From positions 66,526,001 to 66,590,000 of the forward strand of contig OZ286473.1 of assembly GCA_965644265.1 (NCBI GenBank): a DNA stretch of 64,000 nucleotides, in the 5' to 3' direction. The notes beneath the pieces were generated by a model. The model saw only the letters and a list, made by a program, of their open reading frames with translations, was not told the DNA's origin and did no database searches. Position numbers and translations under genes: made by a program. This DNA is from Glycera tridactyla. Its lineage: Eukaryota. Positions 24,073 to 38,629 of this stretch are shown piece by piece; the stretch's first letter is position 1, and every line of letters starts with the position of its first letter.

Positions 24073-24118
24073 TCATAAGGCTTCATAAGGCTTCATAAGG
24101 CTTCATAAGGCTTCATAA
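24073..24118. repeat. 10-bp minisatellite (TCATAAGGCT)x4.6
   Basis: Direct reading. Confidence 0.9.
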
Positions 24119-24645
24119 ATACTTTATTGTAAAATGTATTCTATAATACATTTCCATTTTACAATGGAAATATATGTACGTTATCGATGAGAAAATCATA
24201 CATCAGGTTTGAAACATATCAAGAACATATATGAATCTAAATATGATGGCATCAACTGGTACAGGCGATATGGTTACCTAGACACGCTACACATGGCACA
24301 CGGGGACGGCATTTCACCGGACATCTTCAGCATCAGCATCAGCATCAGCACCAGCATCATACCATCATACATGCACATATTTCAATAGACAGACCACAGG
24401 TACTGGTTTGGGGACGGTGATTGCACAGCATTTAGTAGCATTGTGAAATGGTCACATGAGTGATCATTTAAGTAAGTACCCAAATGAATCATATGGGGGG
24501 GGGGGGTACCAGGAGGTAACATGAGGTTAGTGTGAGAGTAATGAGAATGTGAGAGTAATGGGAAACTGATCACAAATTGGATGGCTCCACATGAAATCCA
24601 GCAGTTGACTGGTGCAACATCAGAGGACATCATAATATATGGTGA

Positions 24646-25700
24646 TTAATCAAATACACAATCAGATATACGTCTTTCAAAGATCTGATGACTCTCCGCC
24701 TGCTTGATGTTTGTGCTCAAGCCATTATAGACTCGGGCACCCCTTACTGCAAGTCTGCGGTCTCCAGCTGTATTTTTCGAGCGTGGCACTTCCAATAGAT
24801 TGCCAGTTTGCTGTCGTGTGAAGGCATCAGCTTGATTTACTCTGACAGTAAACATTTCATTGAACGGTGGGGGAAGCAAATCAAGTGAGCCTTTATGAAC
24901 TGTGATGCACACATGTTTCTGCTGGCGAGATTCCAACATGTCAAGCTCTAGTTCCTGGTGCATTTCTCTGATGCTCCTCAGTGGGTCAGCTTGGAGGATG
25001 ATGCGGCAAGCTGCATTTTGTATCTTTTGCAATCTTAAAGTATCATTGACAGTGATTGTGTCATACGCGACATCACAGTAGTCCATCACCGGCAGCACAA
25101 GGGACTTATAAAGCATCAAAGAGGTATCTTGATTTATATATTTTCTTGCTCTGCCGATGATGGACAACTTGCGAGTGCACCCGCCAAACAGAATATTTAT
25201 GTGCTCACTGAAGCTCAAGGTTGGGTCCATCCAAATACCCAGGTACTTGTATCGAGGGACTCTCTCTAAAATACAGCTGTTCATAACCATGTTGATATTT
25301 TTGTAATAGCAAAGACTTTGGTTGCTACCAAAAACCATCCACTGGCTCTTCTTTGTATTTACCGTGAGTTTATTTTCGAACAACCAGGACTCTGCCTCAA
25401 TTATGCCTAGTTGTAGATTGAGCTCTAGTTCATCACTGTCATTGCTCATATAATACAATGCCGTGTCATCAGCATACATCCGTACACGGCAACTTGGTAC
25501 ACTCTCTGGTAAATCATTAATAAATATGACAAACAGTAGTGGACCCAATATTGATCCTTGGGGTACTCCGCAGGTGATTTCATTAGTGGAGGAAAAACAT
25601 GAGTGGACACGTGTCATTTGTGTTCTACCAGTAAAGTAGTTTCTGAACCATAGTAGTCCAGGTTCATCAACACCATATTTTTCAAGTTTGTATAAAAGAG
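24646..25700 (-). mobile_element. 5'-truncated CR1/L2-group LINE (RT C-terminal half, open frame)
   Basis: LYKLEKYGV...WFRNYF.GR.Q, GVPQGSILGPLLF, MYADDT, YKYLG, YCDVAY, LQKIQN. The 3' UTR extends towards ~24330. Confidence 0.9.
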
Positions 25701-26413
25701 TTTGGACAATCGGTCCTGGTGCTCTTCCAACATCTATGAAGACTGTTGTATTTCTCGACTACCGTATCTGCCATGTGCAGGCATGACGACTGTCATGACC
25801 TTGGTTCTCATGTTCACAGCAAAAAAAAATGTATCTCAGCGACGCACATTGTGCGCTACGTCACAACATCACCAGATACGTGATGCACTCAGTGTAGCAG
25901 GCCTGCCACTATATACTTACTGAATCATTATTGATTTATCGATTTATCTACCTGTTTACTACTGTTCTTGATAGATATCCGACAGTCCTCTTCATCTATC
26001 ATTTTGCTTGTGCCATGGGATCTCTTCCTATGTATACTCACAATTGCTCATATCTGTGTACCGTATCGTTTTGTCTTATATCTCCTGCATCTCATTCAAA
26101 CTGGTGCTACTTCATGAGTTAATTCAAATGTTTGCATGAGCACCTAATGATGGTACTACAGGGTGACGTGTTAAACTTTATCTCTGTATATATGTTGCAT
26201 CTCATGCTATGAAGTTATTTCTGATCCTGATTCTCATTTCTGAACTGGTGTAATGCATACATTTCTTTTGATTGATGAACCAGTCAGTAAATGATTATAC
26301 AAGGAGATCACATAGACATATTGTCACATTCGTCACAGAACAAGAATAGTGATATCATTGATGAAGCAAATATGATAGGAGAGCAAAATATTCAATCAGG
26401 AAATGTAACTTAC

Positions 26414-26527
26414 CTGTTTCACAATGACTTCCTCCATACCCATCAGCACAAATACAGTTATATGAATTGACGCTGTCATCGCATGTTGCTCCATTCTCAC
26501 ATGGATTACTACTGCATTCATCAATAT
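26414..26527 (-). CDS. EGF exon, GT donor
   Basis: [38 protein letters not shown]; |GTAAGT. Confidence 0.9.
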
Positions 26528-27314
26528 CTGTAACAGGCAATATCAATAGAGAAGATGTCATGTGGATAAAAGCACATGCTACATCAAATTTATGGGTAGA
26601 TAGACAGAGTCTGAAAGGTACTGGTGATCATCATCTTCATGATGATAATCATCATCACCATTATCATCATCATCATCATCATCAACAATATCATCAGCAA
26701 TATTTTCATCGTCAGAGCACATCAGATTCCAAATCCCTGTGTGGAGATCAAGGCGTCATTGAAAAAATATAAACACATGTCCTTTCCTATGAGAATCACA
26801 GGAAGGAGGAATGTGATTAGGAATAATGAATGGACATTGCATTTGGGGAAATAATGCGATCATATCAGATATGATATATATCAGTTGTTTATGTACGTGT
26901 CCCTCTATATTCATCAGCGTATGTGCAATTGTGGCAATGAACAAGGTATATCAAGTTGACACCCCTTGCATGAATTATTGATGCAGTCACAAAATTCTGT
27001 GAATGGATGATCTCATGATAATTGTCGAAGAGAAAACATTGCCATTGTATGATAAGGAAATGGCAAGGATATATGAATGTTCGCTAAGCTATTCAAGGTC
27101 AGTGAGGGATAATACTGTGGTCAGTAAAGCTATGAACATCTTTTCTTGCTCACGAATGTATTTCATGGAACTTATATGTTAGAGGACATTGACACAGACC
27201 TATTTGAATAAGCACTTTCGGGCAGTCAATGCTAACACAGGGCCCATCTCAATTGTTGCCGACATTGAGTGTATTATTGGAGAGAAGCAGAGAGTATTTG
27301 AATATGTAACTTGC

Positions 27315-27428
27315 CTGTTTGGCAATGAGTTTCTTCAAATCCATCAGCACAAATACAGTTGTATGAATTGATGGTGTCATTGCATGTTGCCCCATTCTCA
27401 CATGGATTAGAAATGCACTCATCAATAT
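27315..27428 (-). CDS. EGF exon, GC donor
   Basis: [38 protein letters not shown]; |GCAAGT. Confidence 0.85.
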
Positions 27429-27730
27429 CTGTAACAAACAATATCGATATTGAAAATAAAAGCATAGAAATAACATCCTAAAGAGATCTATATGTAGATA
27501 GTGAGAATGGGTGAATTTTTCGGGTTCGTCATCATCTTCATCATCATAATCATTCATCATCATCATCATCATCATCATTAGCATCATTTTTGGCATCAGC
27601 ATCAGCATCAGCACCAGCATCAGAGAAAAAATTGACCTATTCTCAAGATAATAACGAAGAGAAGAGGGATATTGTTGAAGAGGGACAATTTATAGGAAAA
27701 CAGCTGATAGAATCCACAGATGTAGCTTGC

Positions 27731-27844
27731 CTGTTTCACAATGAGTCCCTTCATATCCATCAGTACATATGCAATAGTAGGAATTGACGCTGTCATTGCA
27801 AGTTGCTCCATTCTCACATGGATTACTACTGCACTCATCAATAT
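27731..27844 (-). CDS. EGF exon, GC donor
   Basis: [38 protein letters not shown]; |GCAAGC. Confidence 0.85.
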
Positions 27845-28113
27845 CTATAACAGACAATATCAATATGGAGAATGATATGAGGATGCAGATAACACTCCAC
27901 AAGGTGTAGGTGGATAGATCGGATAAGTAGATCCTAATTGCTACAAGGTTGAACAACTATACATTTTTTCTTCTTCATGAAAGTATCTCATGAAACTTAT
28001 AATGTTAGAGGTGATTGACACAAACCTATTCCAAAAAGCACTTTTCAGCAGTCAATGCTAACATGAAGTGAATTATTGGAGTGAAGCAGAAAGTATTTAC
28101 AAATGTGACTTGC

Positions 28114-28227
28114 CTGTTTCACAATGAGTTCCTTCATATCCATCAGCACATGAACAATCGTAGGAACTTATGGTGTCATTGCAAGTTGCCCCATTCTCAC
28201 ATGGATAACTACTACACTCATCGATAT
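28114..28227 (-). CDS. EGF exon, GC donor
   Basis: [38 protein letters not shown]; |GCAAGT. Confidence 0.85.
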
Positions 28228-28802
28228 CTGTAACAGACATCATCAATGTGGTCAATGTCATGGGGATGGAAATGACTTCCTACCAGAAAATATTGAATCA
28301 ATACAGAAATCGGATGGATTATCCTCCTCCTCCTCCTCCTCTTTCATCCTCCTGACTTCACCCCCTCCTCTTCATCATCATCATGGTACTGAATCAATAC
28401 AGAAATTGGGTGGAGTATCTTCATCCTCCTTCTCCTTTATCCTTCTGCTCCCTCCTCCTCCACCTCTTCCTGATCCTGCTTCTTCTCCTACTCATCATCA
28501 TGATACTTAATCAATACAGAAACTGGGTGGATTATCAACATCCTCCTTCTCCTTCATCGTTCTGCTTCCTTCTCGTTTGGCTCTTCCTTCTCATCCTGCT
28601 GCTCCTTCTCCTCCTCCTTCTCCTCCTCCTCCTTCTCCTCATTATCATTATCATCATCAACATCACCAGCACCATCATCAGCAGCAGCAGCGGCAGCAGC
28701 AGCAGCAGCATTATGTCATACACAGGGAATACATTGACCTATCCTCAAATTGATAAGAAAGAAGAGAGGAAATAACTGATAGTATTTGCAAATGTAACTT
28801 GC

Positions 28803-28916
28803 CTGTTTCACAATGAGTCCCTTCATATCCATCACCACATATGCAATCGTAGGAATTGACGCTGTCATTGCAAGTTGCTCCATTCTCACATGGATTACTA
28901 CTACACTCATCAATAT
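28803..28916 (-). CDS. EGF exon, GC donor
   Basis: [38 protein letters not shown]; |GCAAGT. Confidence 0.85.
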
Positions 28917-29035
28917 CTGAAACAGACAATAGCAATATCGAGAATATTATGAGGATGCAAATAACACTCAACAAGGTAGAGGTGGATAGAGCAGATAAAT
29001 AGATTATTAGGGATCGTAATCATCATCATCATCAT

Positions 29036-29066
<31 letters not shown>

Positions 29067-29644
29067 AGCACATGGTCAGAGCACCTGAGATTGTATATCT
29101 GTGTGGAGATCATGACATCATCAGAAAACAAGAACACTTGTTTTTTTCTCTGAGAATCACAGGGAGAAGGAATATGATTTCGAACAATGACTGCATATTA
29201 CGGAAATAGTGCAATTTCATCTCCTTTGAATATATCTTGCATGTTTCATTATGTATTTCTTCATGTCATATGGAATATGTGCAATTATAGAGATAAACAG
29301 GACATAGCTAGTTGCCTTTTCGTGCATGTATTGTCAATCTGATAACCATATTTTGTGACCCATTAATCTCAAGTTCATTGTATGAGGGACATCCTGCTTT
29401 TGTATGAAAAAGGAACAACGAGTATTCACGATAACTCTGACATTCAAGAGCAGGTGGGCATGATTCGATGGCCATACTGGCCAGATCAACCACCGATCAT
29501 AATCGTCATGAGATCGCAAGATTATTTTTCCATAGATTCAACAGCAATCAAATTACCATTTGTCATACAACGGGATGACATGGAACTTCTGAAGAGGAAG
29601 GATATATAGGAGAGCAGCATATGGTATTGGAAAATGTCACTTGC

Positions 29645-29758
29645 CTGTTTCACAATGACTTCCTTCAAATCCATCAGCACAAATACAATTGTATGAATTG
29701 ATGGTGTCATTGCATGTTGCTCCATCCTCACATGGATTACTACTGCATTCATCAATAT
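29645..29758 (-). CDS. EGF exon, GC donor
   Basis: [38 protein letters not shown]; |GCAAGT. Confidence 0.85.
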
Positions 29759-29830
29759 CTGTAACAGGCAATGACATTAATGGAGATGTCATTAGGATGA
29801 AAACACATGCTCCATCAAATTTATGAGTAG

Positions 29831-29907
29831 AAATACAATTGTATGAATTGATGGTGTCATCGCATGTTGCCCATTCTAACATGGATTATTACTGCACTCA
29901 TCAATAT
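29831..29907 (-). pseudogene. Truncated EGF pseudo-exon (acceptor intact, in-frame TAG, donor deleted)
   Basis: cag|ATATTGATGAGTGCAGTAATAATCCATGTTAG; 3' third of the exon is missing. Confidence 0.85.
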
Positions 29908-30604
29908 CTGTAACAGACAATATCGATAGGGAAGATGACATGAGGATAAAAGCACATGCTACATCAAATTTTTGAATAGATGGAGGGAGTTTGGAGTGTA
30001 TTTTTGATTATCACCTTCATAATGACAATCATCATCACCATTACCATCATCATCATAATCAAAATCATCATCGACAACAACTCCCTTTTTTGGCGTCATT
30101 GGAGAAATATGAACATGTCCTTCCAATGAGGATCGCAGAAATGAGAAATGTGATTAGGAATAATGAATGGACATTACATTTGAGAAAAATTATGTGATTA
30201 TATAAAATATGATATTTTTCGAGTGTTTACATATGTGTCCCTCAATATTCATCAGCATATATGCAATTGTGACAATGAACAAGGTATGCCAAGTTGTATC
30301 TCCTTGCATGGAGAATCGATGCAGTCACAAAATTCTGTGAATGAATGATCTCATGATAATTGTTGGAGAGACAACATAATCATTGTACAATCAGAAAATA
30401 ACCTGTATATACGAATGTTCGCAAAGATAGTCAAGGACAGTAGGGATGATAAGGTGGCTTTACTGACCACATGTGCTAATAATCCTCATTGTCATAAGAT
30501 TAAACAACTCAGCAGTCAATGCTAACATGGGGCCAATCACCATTGTTGCCGACGTTGAGTGAATTATTGGGGAGAACCAAAGAGTATTTGAATATGTGAC
30601 TTGC

Positions 30605-30718
30605 CTGTTTCACAATGAGTTCCTTCAAATCCATCTGCACAAATACAATCGTATGAATTGATGGTGTCATTGCATGTTGCTCCATTCTCACATGGATTAG
30701 AAATGCACTCATCAATAT
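30605..30718 (-). CDS. EGF exon, GC donor
   Basis: [38 protein letters not shown]; |GCAAGT. Confidence 0.85.
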
Positions 30719-30971
30719 CTGTAACAAACAGTATCGATATGAAAAATGTCCAAAGCGAGAAATTTATATGTAGATTGTGAGAATGTGTGAATTTTTCGGG
30801 TTTATCATCATCATCATGATCATCATCAGCATCAGCGTCAGCATCAGCATCAGGTTATATACAGAGAAAAAATTGACCTATTCTCAAGAAAAAGAGAGAG
30901 AGAAGAGAGATATTGTTCAAAAGCGACAGTTTATAGGAAAACAGCGGATCGAATCCACAAATGTAACCTGC

Positions 30972-31085
30972 CTGTTTCACAATGAGTCCCTTCATATCCT
31001 TCAGTACATGTGCAATAGTAGGAATTGACGCTGTCATTGCAAGTCGCTCCATTCTCACATGGATTACTACTGCACTCATCAATAT
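30972..31085 (-). CDS. EGF exon, GC donor
   Basis: [38 protein letters not shown]; |GCAGGT. Confidence 0.85.
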
Positions 31086-31354
31086 CTATAACAGACAATA
31101 TCGATATGGAGAATCATAGGAGGATGCAAATAACACTTCACAAGGTTTCGGTCGAAAGAGTGGATAAGTAGATTCTAATTGCTACAAGGTTGAACAACTA
31201 TACATTTTTTCTTCCTCACGAAAGTATCTCATGAAACTTATAATGTTAGAGGTGATTGACACAAACCTATTCCAAAAAGCACTTTTCAGCAGTCAATGCT
31301 GACATGAAGTGAATTATTGGAGTGAAGCAGAAAGTATTTACAAATGTGACTTGC

Positions 31355-31468
31355 CTGTTTCACAATGAGTTCCTTCATATCCATCAGCACATGAACAATT
31401 GTAGGAACTTATGGTGTCATTGCAAGTTGCCCCATTCTCACATGGATAACTACTACACTCATCAATAT
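31355..31468 (-). CDS. EGF exon, GC donor
   Basis: [38 protein letters not shown]; |GCAAGT. Confidence 0.85.
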
Positions 31469-32091
31469 CTGTAACAGACATCATCAATGTGGTCAATGTC
31501 ATGGGGATGAAAATGACTTGCTACCAGAGATTATTGAATCAGTACAGAAATCGGATGGATTATCCTCCTCCTCCTCCTCTTTCATCCTCCTGATTTCACC
31601 CCCTCCTGTTCATCATCATCGAGGTACTGAATCAATACAGAAATTGGGTGGAGTATCTTCATACTCCTTCTCCTTCATCCTTCTGCTCCCTCCTCCTCCA
31701 CCTCCTCCTGCTTCTGCTTCTTCTCCTACTCATCATCATGATACTCGATCAATACAGAAACTGGATGGATTATCAACATCCTTCTTCTCCTTCACCGTTC
31801 TGCTTTCTTCTCGTTTGGCTCTNNNNNNNNNNNNNNNNNNNNNNNNNNNNNNNNNNNNNNNNNNNNNNNNNNNNNNNNNNNNNNNNNNNNNNNNNNNNNN
31901 NNNNNNNNNNNNNNNNNNNNNNNNNNNNNNNNNNNNNNNNNNNNNNNNNNNNNNNNNNNNNNNNNNNNNNNNNNNNNNNNNNNNNNNATACATTGACCTA
32001 TCCTCAAATTGATTAGAAAGAAATGAGGGATATTGTCGAAGTGGAACATTTTTAGGGAAATTAACTGATAGTATTTGCAAATGTAACTTGC

Positions 32092-32205
32092 CTGTTTCAC
32101 AATGAGTCCCTTCATATCCATCACTACATATGCAATCGTAGGAATTGATGCTGTCATTGCAAGTTGCTCCATTCTCACACCGATTACTACTACACTCATC
32201 AATAT
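32092..32205 (-). CDS. EGF exon, GC donor
   Basis: [38 protein letters not shown]; |GCAAGT. Confidence 0.85.
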
Positions 32206-32895
32206 CTGAAACAGACAATAGTAATATCGTGAATATTATGAGGATGCGAATAACACTCAACAAGGTAGAGGTGGATAGAGCAGATAAATAGATTATTAGG
32301 GATCGTAATCATCATCATCATCATCAACAACAAAAACAACAACATCACATGGTCAGAGCACCTGAGATTGTATATCTGTGTGGAGATCATGACATCATTA
32401 GAGAACAAGAACACTTGTTTTTTTCTCTGAGAATCACAGAGAGAAGGAAAATGATTTCGAACAATGACTGCATATTACAGAAATAGTGCAATTTCATCTC
32501 CTTTGAATATATCTTGCATGTTTCATTATGTACTTCTTCATGTCCCATGATATATGTGCAATTATAGAGATAAACAAGACATAGCTAGTTGCCTTTTCCT
32601 GCATGGATTGTCCATCTGATAATCATTTTTTGTGACCCATTATTCTCAAGTTCATTGTATGAGGAACAACGAATTTTCACAATGAATCTGACATTCAAGA
32701 GCAGTTAGGCATGATTCGATGGCGATACTGGCCAGATCAGCCACGGATCATAATTGTCATGAGATCGCAAGATTATTTTTCCATAGATACAACAGCTATC
32801 GAATTACGATTTGTCATACACCGGGATGACATGGAACTTCTGAAGAGGGAGGATATATAGGAGAGCAGCACATGGTATTGGAAAATGTCACTTGC

Positions 32896-33009
32896 CTGTT
32901 TCACAAAGATTTCCTTCAAATCCATCAGCACAAATACAATTGTATGAATTGATGGTGTCATTGCATGTTGCTCCATTCTCACATGGATTACTACTGCATT
33001 CATCAATAT
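32896..33009 (-). CDS. EGF exon, GC donor
   Basis: [38 protein letters not shown]; |GCAAGT. Confidence 0.85.
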
Positions 33010-33081
33010 CTGTAACAGACAATGTCATCAATGGAGATATCATTAGGATGAAAACACATGCTCCATCAAATTTATGAGTAG

Positions 33082-33149
33082 AAATACAATTGTATGAATT
33101 CATGGTGTCATCACATTCTAACATGGATTACTACTGCACTCATCAATAT
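33082..33149 (-). pseudogene. Truncated EGF pseudo-exon, paralogue of 29831-29907
   Basis: Same TAG and same 3' truncation plus a further internal deletion. Confidence 0.85.
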
Positions 33150-33846
33150 CTGTAACAGACAATATTGATAGGGAAGATGACATGAGGATAAAAGCACATG
33201 CTACATCAAATTTTTGAATAGATGGAGAGAGTTTGGAGTGTATTTTTGATTATCACCTTCAAAATGACAATCATCATCACCATTACCATCATCATCATAA
33301 TCAAAATCATCATCAACAACAACTTCTTTTTTTGGCGTCATTGGAAAAATATGAACACATGTCCTTCCTATGAGAATCACAGAAATGAGAAATGTGATTA
33401 GGAATGGTGGATGGACATCACAAATGAGGAAATTATGTGATTATATCAAATATGATATTTTTCGAGTGTTTATATATGTGTCCCTCGATATTCATCAGCA
33501 TATGTGCAATTGTGACAATGAACAAGGTATACCAAGTTGTATCTCCTTGCATGGAGAATCGATGCAGTCACAAAATTCTGTGAATGAATGATCCCATGAT
33601 AATTGTTGGAGAGACAACATAATTATTGTACAATCAGAAAATAACCTGTATATACGAATGTTCGCAGATATTCAAGGTCAGTGAGGGATGATACGTTGGC
33701 TTTACTGACCACATGTGCTAATAATCCTCATTATCATGAGATTAAACAACTCAGCAGTCAATGCTAACATGGGGCCAATCACCATTGTTGCCGACGTTGA
33801 GTGAATTATTGGGGAGAACCAAATAGTATTTGAATATGTGACTTGC

Positions 33847-33960
33847 CTGTTTCACAATGAGTTCCTTCAAATCCATCAGCACAAATACAATTGTATGAAT
33901 TGATGGTGTCATTGCATGTTGCTCCATTCTCACATGGATTAGAAATACACTCATCAATAT
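33847..33960 (-). CDS. EGF exon, GC donor
   Basis: [38 protein letters not shown]; |GCAAGT. Confidence 0.85.
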
Positions 33961-34213
33961 CTGTAACGAACAATATCGATATGAAAAATGTCCTAAGTAA
34001 GAAATTTATATGTAGATTGTGAGAATGTGTGAATTTTTCGGGTTTATCATCATCATCATGATCATCATCAGCATCAGCGTCAGCATCAGCATTATGTCAT
34101 ACACAGAAAAAAAAAGACCTATTCTCAAGAAAATAAGTGAGAGAAGAGGGATATTGTTCGAAAGCTACAATTTATAGGAGAACAGTTGATCAAATCCACA
34201 AATGTAACTTTGC

Positions 34214-34327
34214 CTGTTTCACAATGAGTCCCTTCATATCCTTCAGTACATGTGCAAAAGTAGGAATTGACGCTGTCATTGCATGCTGCTCCATTCTCAC
34301 ATGGATTACTACTGCACTCATCAATAT
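34214..34327 (-). CDS. EGF exon, weak GC donor
   Basis: [38 protein letters not shown]; |GCAAAG. Confidence 0.7.
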
Positions 34328-34583
34328 CTATAACAGACAATATTAATATGGAGCATGGTATGAGGATGCAAATAACGCTCCATAAGGTGAAGGTGGATAG
34401 AGCGGATAAGTAGATCCTCATTGCTACAACATTGAACAACTATACATTTTTTCTTCCTCACAAATGTATCTCATGGAACTTATAATGTTAGAGGTGATTG
34501 ACACAAACCTATTCCAATGAGCACTTCTCAGCAGTCAATGCTGACATGAGGTGAATTTTTGGGGAGAAGCAAATGTGACTTGC

Positions 34584-34697
34584 CTGTTTCACAATGAGAT
34601 CCTTCATATCCATCAGCACATGAACAATTGTAGGAACTTATGGTGTCATTGCAAGTTGCCCCATTCTCACATGGATAACTACTACACTCATCAATAT
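34584..34697 (-). CDS. EGF exon, GC donor
   Basis: [38 protein letters not shown]; |GCAAGT. Confidence 0.85.
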
Positions 34698-35170
34698 CTG
34701 TAACAGACATCATCAATATGGTCGATGTCAAGGGAATGGAAACCACTTCCTACAAATATTACTGAACCAATACAGAAATTGGATGGATTTTCTTCCACCT
34801 CCTCTTTCATCCTCCTGATTTCACCTCCTCCTCTTCTTCATCATCATGATACTCAATAATACAGAAATTGGTTGGATTATCAACATCATCCTTCTCCGCC
34901 ATCATTCTGCTNNNNNNNNNNNNNNNNNNNNNNNNNNNNNNNNNNNNNNNNNNNNNNNNNNNNNNNNNNNNNNNNNNNNNNNNNNNNNNNNNNNNNNNNN
35001 NNNNNNNNNNNNNNNNNNNNNNNNNNNNNNNNNNNNNNNNNNNNNNNNNNNNNNTGCAACAGTATGCCATACACAGGGAATACACTGATCTATTCTCCAA
35101 TTGATAACAGAAAATAGAGGGATATCGTCGAAGTGGCACCATTTTAGGGAAAATCGCAAATATAACTTGC

Positions 35171-35284
35171 CTGTTTCACAATGAGTCCCTCCATATCCAT
35201 CAGTACATATGCAATTGTAGGAATTGATGCTGTCATTGCAAGTTGCTCTACTCTCACATGGATCACTACTGCACTCATCAACAT
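35171..35284 (-). CDS. EGF exon, AAG acceptor, GC donor
   Basis: [38 protein letters not shown]; |GCAAGT. Confidence 0.7.
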
Positions 35285-36015
35285 CTTAAACAGACAATAT
35301 CAATATCGAGAATATTATGAGGATGCAAATAACATTCAACGAGGTAGAGGTGGATAGAGCAGATAAGTAGATTATTAGGGATCGTAATCATCATCATCAT
35401 CATCATCATCATAATCAACAACAACAACAACATCATAATCACATGGTCAGAGCACCTGAGATGGTATATCTGTGTGGAGATCATGACATCATTAGAAAAG
35501 AAAAACACTTGTTTTCCTCTGAGAATCACAGGTGAAGGAATATGATTTTGAATAATGACTGCATGTTGCAGTTGAGGAAATACTACAATTTTATCCCCTT
35601 TAAATATATCTTGCATGTTTCATTGTGTACTTCTTCGTGTCCCATGGAATATGTGCTATTATAGCAATAAACAAGGCATAGCTAGTTGCATTTTTCTGCA
35701 TGGATTGTCAATGCAATAACCATATTTTGTGACCCATTAATCTCAAGTCAATTGTATGAGGGACATCCTGCTTTTGTATGAAAACGGAACGACTACTCAC
35801 CATGACATCGACATTCTATATTAGTGAGGCATGATTCGATAACAATACTGGCCAGATCAGCCACCGATCATCATTGTAATGAGATCACAAGATTATTTTT
35901 CCATAGATTCATCAGCTATTGAACTACCATTTGTCATATACTGGGACGACATAGAACTTCTGAAGAGAGAGGATATATAGGAGAGCAGCATATGGTATTA
36001 GAAAGTGTCACATGC

Positions 36016-36129
36016 CTGTTTCACAATGATCTCCTTCATACCCATCAGCACAAATACAATTGTATGAATTGATGGTGTCATCGCATGTTGCCCCATTCTC
36101 ACATGGATTACTACTGCATTCATCAATAT
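36016..36129 (-). CDS. EGF exon, weak GC donor
   Basis: [38 protein letters not shown]; |GCATGT. Confidence 0.7.
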
Positions 36130-36934
36130 CTGGAATAGACAATATCAGTAGGGAAGATATCATGAGGATGAAAGCACATGCTACATAAAATTTATGAGTA
36201 GATAGGGAGAGTCGGGAGGGTATTGGTGATCATCATCTTCATAATGATAACCATCATCACCAATATCATCATTATCATAATCCTGATCATCACATTCGAC
36301 AACATCAATTTCATTGTCAGAGCGCATAAGTTTGTATATCTGTAAGTGAGGTCATGGCGTCATTGGAAAGATATGTCCTCTCCAAGAAAATCACAGACAG
36401 GAGGAATAAGATGCAGAGTAATGAATGCATATTGCAAATGAGAGAATGCTGTGATTATATCTAAATTAGATATATATTGTGTGTTTCTCTGTGTGTCCCT
36501 CGATATTCATCAGCATATGTGCAATTTTGACAATAAAAAAAAGATGGCCCGTTGCCTTTCCTCGCATGGATTATCAATGCAGCACAATATTCTGTGAATG
36601 AATGATCACATTATGATGGTAAGAGAGACAACATTGCTATTGCATGATGACAAAAACAACCAGTATATACGAAAGGGTCAGTGAGGGATGATACTGAGGG
36701 TTCACTGGCCACATTTGTTGAAAATCCTCATTGTTACAAGTTTGAACAACTATAAACATTTTTCTTGCTCACATATGTATCTCATGAAACTTATAATGTT
36801 AGGGGTGATTAACACGGACCTATTCCAATGAGCACTTTTCGGCAGTCAATGCTAATATTTGGCCCATCCCCATTGCTGCCAACATGAAGTGGGTTATTGG
36901 AGACAAGCAGGCAGAATTAGAAAATGTGTCTTGC

Positions 36935-37048
36935 CTGTTTCACAATGAGTTCCTCCATATCCATCAGCACAAAAACAATAGTATGAATTGATGGTGTTGT
37001 TACAAGATGCCCCATTCTCACAGGGATTACTACTACACTCATCAATAT
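36935..37048 (-). CDS. EGF exon, GC donor
   Basis: [38 protein letters not shown]; |GCAAGA. Confidence 0.8.
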
Positions 37049-37716
37049 CTGTAACAGACAATAATAATATGATAAGTGTCATGGGAATGGGAATGACTGC
37101 CCCAAAAGAATTATCAAATCGATAAAGAAATTTGATGGGTTATCATCCTCCCCCTCATCATCCTGATACTGAATCAATACAAACATTGGATGAATGATCC
37201 TCTCCTCGTCCTTCATCCTCCTAATTTCTCCTCTCCTCCTTTCCATCATCATCATGATACTTAATCGATACAGAAATTGGGTGGATCATCTCCATCCTCC
37301 TTCTCCTTCATTTTTCTGTTTCCCTCGACTTCCCTCTTTCTCCACCTCCTCCTCCTCATACTTCCTGTTCCTGCTTCTCCTTCCCATCATAATTATGATA
37401 CTGAATGAATACAGAAATTGGGTGGATTATCAACATCCTCCTTCTCCTTCATCGTATTGCTTCCTCCTCCTTCTGCTCTTTCTTCTCCTCCTCATCATGC
37501 TGCCCCTTCTTCTTCTCCTCCTCCTCCTCCTCATCATCATCATCATCATCCTCATAACCAATCATCATCATCATCAAAATCAGCAGCAGTACCTTTATGT
37601 CATACACAGGGAATACATTGACCTATTCTCAAATTGATAAGGAAGATAAGAGGGATATCATCAAAGTGAGACAATTTTAAGGAAAATGACTGATAGTATA
37701 TACAAACGTTACTTGC

Positions 37717-37830
37717 CTGTTTCAAAATGAGTCCCTTCATATCCATCACTACATATGCAATTGTAGGAATTGACACTGTCATTGCAAGATGCCCCATTCT
37801 CACATGGATTACTACTACACTCATCAATAT
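37717..37830 (-). CDS. EGF exon with Cys6 to Phe, AAG acceptor, GC donor
   Basis: [38 protein letters not shown]; |GCAAGT. Confidence 0.6.
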
Positions 37831-38629
37831 CTTGAACAGACAATATCGATATGGAGAAAGATATGAGGATGCGAGTACGATTACACAGGGTGGAGGTGGA
37901 CAGAGTGGATAAANNNNNNNNNNNNNNNNNNNNNNNNNNNNNNNNNNNNNNNNNNNNNNNNNNNNNNNNNNNNNNNNNNNNNNNNNNNNNNNNNNNNNNN
38001 NNNNNNNNNNNNNNNNNNNNNNNNNNNNNNNNNNNNNNNNNNNNNNNNNNNNNNGCACCTGAGATTGTATATCTGTGTGGTGATCATGACATCATTAGAA
38101 AAGATGAACACTTGTTTTTTCTCTGAAAATCACGAATCACAGAGAGAAGGAATATGATTTCGAATAATGACTGCCTATTACAGTTGAGGAAATACTGCAA
38201 TTTTATCTCCCTTTAATATATCTTGCATGTCTCCTTATATGCTTCTTCATGTCCCTTGAAATATGTGCAATTTGCGCGATAAACAAGGCATAGCTAGTTG
38301 TTTTTTCCTGCATGGATTGTCAACGTAATAACCATATTTTGTGACCCATTGATCTCAAGTTCATTGTCTGAGGGACATCCTGCCTTTGTATGAAGAGGGG
38401 AAGATGAGTATTTAATATGACTTCGTCATTGGAGATCAGTGAGGCATGATTTGATAACAATACTAGCAAAATCAGCCACCGATCATTATTGTCATGAGAT
38501 CACAAGATTATTTTCCATAGACTCATCAGCAATTGAACTACCATTTGTCATACACAGGGATGACATCGAACTTCTGAAGAGGGAGGAGATATAGGAGAGC
38601 AGCATATAGTATTGAAAAGTGTTACTTGC

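Noticed and set aside
24327-24362. (CATCAG)n run as the 3' tail of the 24646 LINE
   Set aside because: A near-identical run occurs in EGF introns (~27594), so its origin is ambiguous
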